Assembly (NCBI GenBank): GCA_963697895.1
Contig: OY969100.1
Location: 896,001 to 960,000, forward strand
Length of the DNA: 64,000 bases
Direction: 5' to 3'
Source of the DNA: an uncultured Methanomicrobiales archaeon
GTDB lineage: Archaea; Halobacteriota; Methanomicrobia; Methanomicrobiales; Methanospirillaceae
In this document: positions 59,189 to 64,000 of the stretch, piece after piece
Numbering within the stretch: position 1 is the first letter of the stretch
How the letters are laid out: each line of letters opens with the position of its first letter
Notes under the pieces: model-generated
The model's database searches: none
What the model saw: the letters and a program-made list of their open reading frames with translations, nothing else
What the model was told of the DNA's origin: nothing
Position numbers and translations under genes: made by a program

Positions 59189-60439
59189 GGGAAGGCTCCG
59201 TTCCCGTTCTTCCTCGGGAGGTACCAGGTACCGGTACGCAACGAATCCGCCGCCGATGATGACCAGGACGATGACGATGATTATCCCGGTATTATCCTGG
59301 GGTATCACCCGGAGGGACATCTCCCGGACCTCGGTATGCGTCCCGAGATCGTCGACATAGGTGATGGTCGCGTTGTACGCATACGTCCCGCCCGATCCGC
59401 CGTCCATCATGAAGATGGCAGGTGCATCGTTGCCCGGCTTGATCTTCCCGATAAACGACTGCTTGGTCCCGGTCATCGGCAGGTCCACGATTGCCGCCAC
59501 CTGCTTCGCCTCGCCGGTGCCGGTGTTCTCGATCCGGATGGTCAGATCGAACGGCTGGTTCGCGGCGACCCTCCTCGGGCTGGTATCGACCGAGACGAAC
59601 CCCAGTTCGCCCTTGCCCTGGAGCATCACGTCGATCCCGGTCGACTGGGTCTGGGGAGTACCGTCGATCGCGGTATACTGGATGGTAAGCGGTATCCGGA
59701 TCAGTCCCGGGCTTGCTTTTTTGTCGGAGAGGAGCATCAACGGGGTGCTCTGCTGCCCGCCTGCGGGGATCATCCCGAGGTGATAGACATCCGTGGTCTT
59801 CGGCGCAACCATGGCGCTGACGTTCTCGATGGTGACGACCACGTCATCGGCGAGGGTCTCTCCCCGGTTGTTCACGGTCAGCGTGACCGGGATCTCCTCG
59901 CCCGGGTTCACGACATCGGGGAGCGTGCTCTCCGCGATGAGGATCGCCCCCTTCTGGATCCCGATCGCGGTGTTGACATTTACCGGGATCGGGTACCGAG
60001 TGCTCCTCCCCCCCGAGGTGTCGATCCATACCTCCGGGTAGTACATCCCGCTCTGGTCCGGGGCACGGATGGTGAACGTGATCGGGATGGACTGGCCGGG
60101 ACCGATCTCACCGACCCGGTCGAAGTCCTGGCTGGTGACGGTGATCCCGTTCCCCGACAGGCTCACGTGCTCGATATTCACGTTGATATCCGTGATCTTC
60201 GTCGAGGTGAACTCGCTGGGGGAGACCATGCCGTTATTTTGCGTCATGACCGCGCTCGATGCGGTATTCTTGATCGTGACGGTGATCGTCCCGAGGCTGC
60301 CGGGCATGAGCACCGACGGGTTCACCCGGTAGTCGGTGATCATCACGGTCGGTTCGCCTTCGGCAGACGCCGGGATTACAAAACCCGCGATGAGGCTGAG
60401 TGCAATTGCGAATATGATACTGATGGGAATTAATTTCAT
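59170..60439 (-). CDS. COG1361 S-layer-domain protein, with a +1 indel near 59227
   Basis: Signal peptide, repeated CARDB-like domains (I.NTG.GEAK, IGKIKPG) and a TM. Removing one C restores YRYWYLPRKNGNGAFPWVKKN*. Confidence 0.82.
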
Positions 60440-60529
60440 GGTACTCTTATCCTTTCAGATTTTTTTTTGAAAGATACGGGTGATGCCTTCGGCGGCACTC
60501 CGTCGTGGTTCCGCTGGTACACGGGATGT

Positions 60530-61015
60530 TCATGGGGCAGCACCTGCCGCGGTAACGAGGGTAAGAAGTTCGTGGATCTTCTGATCGTCCCCGATCTCTT
60601 TTCTCGTGAGGGTGATCTCTCCCGCGACCTTCTCTCCTTTCGCTTCGAGCGCCCTGCGAAGGATCGGGAGGGTATCCCCGGACTTTGCTCCACAGGTCGC
60701 GAAGATCACGGCGGACTTCCCTTCGCATCCCTCGAGCGCCGCAATGGCTGCGTTGATCGCGGGCGTCGCTTTCCATGCCCAGACCGGCGTGCCGATCACT
60801 ATCTGATCGTACGGAGAGACATCGATCTTCTCCGGGACGATCGGATCCCGGTCCTCCCTTCGTGCCCGTAAACACCCGGATGTGTATGCGGTGAGTGAGG
60901 AATAGTGCTCTTTGGGCTGTACTTCGACGAGGTCTCCCCCGCAGGAATTCCGGATCTTTTCCGCGACACCGCGGGTGATGCCGGAATATGAATGGTAAAT
61001 GATGCAGGTCTTCAT
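60530..61015 (-). CDS. Flavodoxin family protein
   Basis: IIYHSYSGITRGVA, YD.IVIGTPVW and VIFATCG. Confidence 0.9.
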   Translation of the reverse strand: MKTCIIYHSYSGITRGVAEKIRNSCGGDLVEVQPKEHYSSLTAYTSGCLRARREDRDPIVPEKIDVSPYDQIVIGTPVWAWKATPAINAAIAALEGCEGKSAVIFATCGAKSGDTLPILRRALEAKGEKVAGEITLTRKEIGDDQKIHELLTLVTAAGAAP

Positions 61016-61413
61016 GGTCTTCCCGCTCCCTTTTCCGGGTATACGTCTCCGGTGCGATTTCCCGGGTCCGGTTCACTATCCTGCCGGGCGTACCCCTCAT
61101 CCTGATCGCATTTTCCCATGATGCAATTGTTCAGGAATGCGGACTGCCCCTGGTAGTGCAGCAGCCGTTCCCGGTTGAAGCTGAAGTACATGCGGTATCC
61201 CTCCTTCCGGGCTTCGACGATCTGCACCCCCTTCAGGATCTTCAGGTGCTGGGTGACTGCCGGCTGGGATATCCCGAGGAGCCGGGCGAGATCCCCGACC
61301 CCGAGGGTCCCGCTTGGATCTGTCGCGAGGAAATAGATGATCTTGAGGCGGTTTGGGTCGCCAAGGGCCTTGAAAAAGCCGGCCATCTCCCCGAGGACAT
61401 CTTCGGTGCTCAT
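61012..61413 (-). CDS. ArsR/SmtB family transcriptional regulator
   Basis: FKALGDPNRLKII, VGDLA..LGISQPAVTQHLKIL and RKEG. ATGA overlap with the flavodoxin gene. Confidence 0.92.
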   Translation of the reverse strand: MSTEDVLGEMAGFFKALGDPNRLKIIYFLATDPSGTLGVGDLARLLGISQPAVTQHLKILKGVQIVEARKEGYRMYFSFNRERLLHYQGQSAFLNNCIMGKCDQDEGYARQDSEPDPGNRTGDVYPEKGAGRP

Positions 61414-61608
61414 GATTCTCCATAAGTTATTGACTATAGAGTTATATGCTTTCTGGATATGCCCGCAAAATATCCAGGTGCGGAGATCGTCCCCGCGACC
61501 GAATCGATTCGGGGATGACCCCCGATAACGTATGAGAAAAGGGTGGAGGAGGATCCCGATACGGGATCCGATCCCTCCTTTCATTCATTCATCCGGCACT
61601 TCCGGGGG

Positions 61609-62970
61609 TCAATGCTTCTGTTTCACCGCAAAAATAATCTGGATCGAATCGCTGTACTCCCCGCGGTACAGGTCAGTGCCGTTGAAGTGCGCACGGAAAC
61701 AGTATTTGCCGGCGTCAAACATCCCACTGAAGTTATATTTGCCGTTTGCATCGGTGATGGCGGGGGTGGCGTTGAAGAGGGTCCAGTTGTGGCAGTCGGG
61801 GGAGACCTCAAGGGTGATATTCATCCCGGAGAGCGGGGCGTGCTTCTCGGTCTTCAGGAACCCGGTGAACGTGATCGTCTGGTTCGGTAACGGCTTCGTG
61901 TTGTTTATGTACAGGGAGAGATCAGTATCTCCTCTTTCCACCTTCACCTGCTCCGAATCGCTGTACTCCCCGCGGTACTGGTCTGTGCCGTTAAAGTGCG
62001 CACGGAAACAGTATTTTCCTGCGGTGAACATCCCGCTGAAGTTGTATTTGCCGTTTGCATCGGTGATCGCCGGGGTTGTGTTGAAGAGGGTCCAGTTATG
62101 GCAGTCGGGGGAGACCTCGAGGGTGATATTCATCCCGGAGAGCGGGGCGTGCTTCTCGGTCTTCAGGAACCCGGTGAACGTGATCGTCTGGTTCGGTAAC
62201 GGCTTCGTGTTGTTTATGTACAGGGAGAGATCAGTATCTCCTCTTTCCACTTTCACCTGTTCCGAATCGCTGTACTCCCCGCGGTACTGGTCTGTGCCGT
62301 TGAAGTGCGCACGGAAGCAATATTTGCCGGCGTCAAGCATCCCGCTGAAGTTGTATTTGCCGTTTGCATCGGTGATCGCCGGGGTGGCGTTGAAGAGGGT
62401 CCAGTTATGGCAGTCGGGGGAGACCTCGAGGGTGATATTCATCCCGGAGAGCGGGGCGTGCTTCTCGGTCTTCAGGAACCCGGTGAACGTGATCGTCTGG
62501 TTCGGTAACGGATTCGTATCGTTGATGTACAGGGAGAGATCGGTATCTCCTCTTTCCACTTTCACCTGTTCCGAATCGCTGTACTCCCCGCGGTACTGGT
62601 CTGTGCCGTTGAAATGGACACGGAAGCAATATTTGCCGGCGTCAAGCATCCCGCTGAAGTTGTATTTGCCATTTGCATCGGTGATGGCGGGGGTGGCGTT
62701 GAAGAGGGTCCAGTTGTGGCAGTCGGGGGAGACCTCGAGGGTGATATTCATCCCGGAGAGCGGGGCGTGCTTCTCGGTCTTCAGGAACCCGGTGAACGTG
62801 ATCGTCTGGTTCGGTAACGGATTCGTGTTGTTTATGTACAGGGAGAGATCGGTATCCCTGCCGCCCGAATACGCGCCGACCGGGCCGGCTATGCAAAAAG
62901 TCGCCAGTAGGATGAGAAGAACACAGAGAAATATCCCTGAGTTCTTGTGTAGTCGTATCGTGTTATCCAC
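61609..62970 (-). CDS. Secreted protein of four near-identical Ig-like domains
   Basis: Signal peptide, then 4 x 103-aa units DTDLSLYINNT...ITDANGKYNF...YSDS. Confidence 0.88.
   Translation of the reverse strand: MDNTIRLHKNSGIFLCVLLILLATFCIAGPVGAYSGGRDTDLSLYINNTNPLPNQTITFTGFLKTEKHAPLSGMNITLEVSPDCHNWTLFNATPAITDANGKYNFSGMLDAGKYCFRVHFNGTDQYRGEYSDSEQVKVERGDTDLSLYINDTNPLPNQTITFTGFLKTEKHAPLSGMNITLEVSPDCHNWTLFNATPAITDANGKYNFSGMLDAGKYCFRAHFNGTDQYRGEYSDSEQVKVERGDTDLSLYINNTKPLPNQTITFTGFLKTEKHAPLSGMNITLEVSPDCHNWTLFNTTPAITDANGKYNFSGMFTAGKYCFRAHFNGTDQYRGEYSDSEQVKVERGDTDLSLYINNTKPLPNQTITFTGFLKTEKHAPLSGMNITLEVSPDCHNWTLFNATPAITDANGKYNFSGMFDAGKYCFRAHFNGTDLYRGEYSDSIQIIFAVKQKH
61645..62856. repeat. 309-bp tandem repeat, about 3.9 copies
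   Basis: Unit starts recur at 62856, 62547, 62238 and 61929 (exact 309-nt period) with only scattered substitutions. Confidence 0.95.
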
Positions 62971-63121
62971 CTCGTGTAGTGAATTTGGGTAAAGGCATAA
63001 ATATTTTTCGTATGATATATTAAGGAGATTATGGTCTTGTTCCCGGATTAAACCGGATATCCGCCCCTCGTTTCAGTTTAGACAAACCTTAACGTCCTCA
63101 CCTTTCCAAGTTATTGGCACT

Positions 63122-64000
63122 ATGTGGAAGGCAGTCGGGATCGATGCATGGATCGCAGGGAGGAAGTCGAGCCTCGAGGAGGCCCGGGCAACGGTTACCG
63201 GTATCATCGACCGCGTGCAGAGCCGTGGGGATGCAGCCCTCCGGGAGCTCTCCCGGCACGTGGTGCTGACGGATATCGCGGTGAGCGATGAAGAGCGGGA
63301 AGCGGCGTACGAACAGGTGGAACCCGCGATCGTCGAGAGCCTGATCGAGGCGCATGCACGGATCGAGCACTTCCACGAGCGGCAGCGGCCGCGGGATCTC
63401 TGGCTGGAAGAGGTCGAGCCGGGTATCGTCCTCGGCGTGAAGACGACGCCGCTCCACCGGGTCGGGATCTATGTTCCCGGCGGCCGGGCGGCCTACCCTT
63501 CCTCCGCGCTCATGTGTGCGGTCCCTGCCCGGGTCGCCGGTGTCCGCGAGATCTGCGCCTGCTCACCGCCGCCGATAAGCCCGCTGACCCTCGCCGCGCT
63601 GGATATTGCCGGGGTGACAGAGATCTACCAGTCGGGCGGGGCCCAGGCGATCGCCGCGATGGCGATCGGCACCAAGAGTGTTCAACCCGTGCAGAAGATC
63701 GTCGGGCCGGGGAACATCTACGTCACGCTCGCAAAGATGATGCTTCGCGAACGGGTCGAGATCGACTTCCCGGCCGGACCGAGCGAGATCGGAATCATCG
63801 CGGACCACACCGCCGATCCCCGGTTCATCGCGGCCGATATCCTCGCACAGGCAGAACACGACCCGAATGCTGCCTGCATCCTGATCACGACAGATCCCGG
63901 CCTCCCGGATAAGGTCGGGCGCGAGGTGATGGCGATGACAGAGAGGGCGCCACGAAAGGAGATCATCGTACAGGCCCTCAACAATTCGGGATATGCAGTC
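63122..64000 (+). CDS. hisD: Histidinol dehydrogenase, 5' part only; runs off the window end
   Basis: Hand translation from ATG 63122: ...RVGIYVPGGRAAYPSSALM..VPARVAGV...GGAQAIAAMA.GT..V..V.KIVGPGNIYV..AK...IDFPAGPSE...AADILAQAEH. Confidence 0.96.
   Translation, partial: MWKAVGIDAWIAGRKSSLEEARATVTGIIDRVQSRGDAALRELSRHVVLTDIAVSDEEREAAYEQVEPAIVESLIEAHARIEHFHERQRPRDLWLEEVEPGIVLGVKTTPLHRVGIYVPGGRAAYPSSALMCAVPARVAGVREICACSPPPISPLTLAALDIAGVTEIYQSGGAQAIAAMAIGTKSVQPVQKIVGPGNIYVTLAKMMLRERVEIDFPAGPSEIGIIADHTADPRFIAADILAQAEHDPNAACILITTDPGLPDKVGREVMAMTERAPRKEIIVQALNNSGYAV

Noticed and set aside
61645-62856. CRISPR array
   Set aside because: The repeats are 309-bp coding units without unique spacers, and no cas genes are present.
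61532-62992. 486-aa plus-strand ORF antisense to the repeat protein
   Set aside because: A stop-free antisense frame multiplied by the 309-bp repeat. The minus-strand ORF has the signal peptide and plausible composition.

Overview
Archaeal chromosomal DNA, most consistent with a Methanomicrobiales methanogen (Methanolinea/Methanoregula-like). The basis is aTrm56, an archaeal histone, archaeal AlaRS, the DUF39/NIL homocysteine pathway, PEGA/PKD/COG1361 surface proteins and a CCA-less tRNA-Gly. Core genes: trm56, alaS, hisH, hisD (partial), PAPS-reductase/PUA, and the sirC-hemA-hemB-hemL-hemC-cobA operon. Accessory genes: a complete ahbDABC siroheme-to-heme cluster, a K+-independent H+-PPase, a double-cubane-cluster-type reductase with its activase, a Cu ATPase, a cupredoxin, ChaB, LEA-2, antiporters, an ABC exporter and a 4x103-aa repeat surface protein. 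No integrase, transposase or CRISPR array was seen. The best candidate for an undescribed system is a six-gene operon at 44660-46748. It encodes a stand-alone Cdc48/NSF N-domain-like protein with an 11-mer amphipathic tail, four coiled-coil proteins (two membrane-anchored, three sharing a YLD..IEEW.L motif) and a FYVE-spaced 8-Cys zinc finger, which suggests a possible membrane-remodelling module. Other points: an unannotated 27-aa histone-H1-like peptide, a 2H-phosphoesterase/metallophosphoesterase fusion inserted into a sulfur-assimilation cluster, three 40-41-aa ORFs coupled by ATGA overlaps, a CTG start codon, and single-base frameshifts (hemA, cobA, COG1361/permease) that are probably assembly errors. 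All family calls are by eye from motifs; no database search was run.
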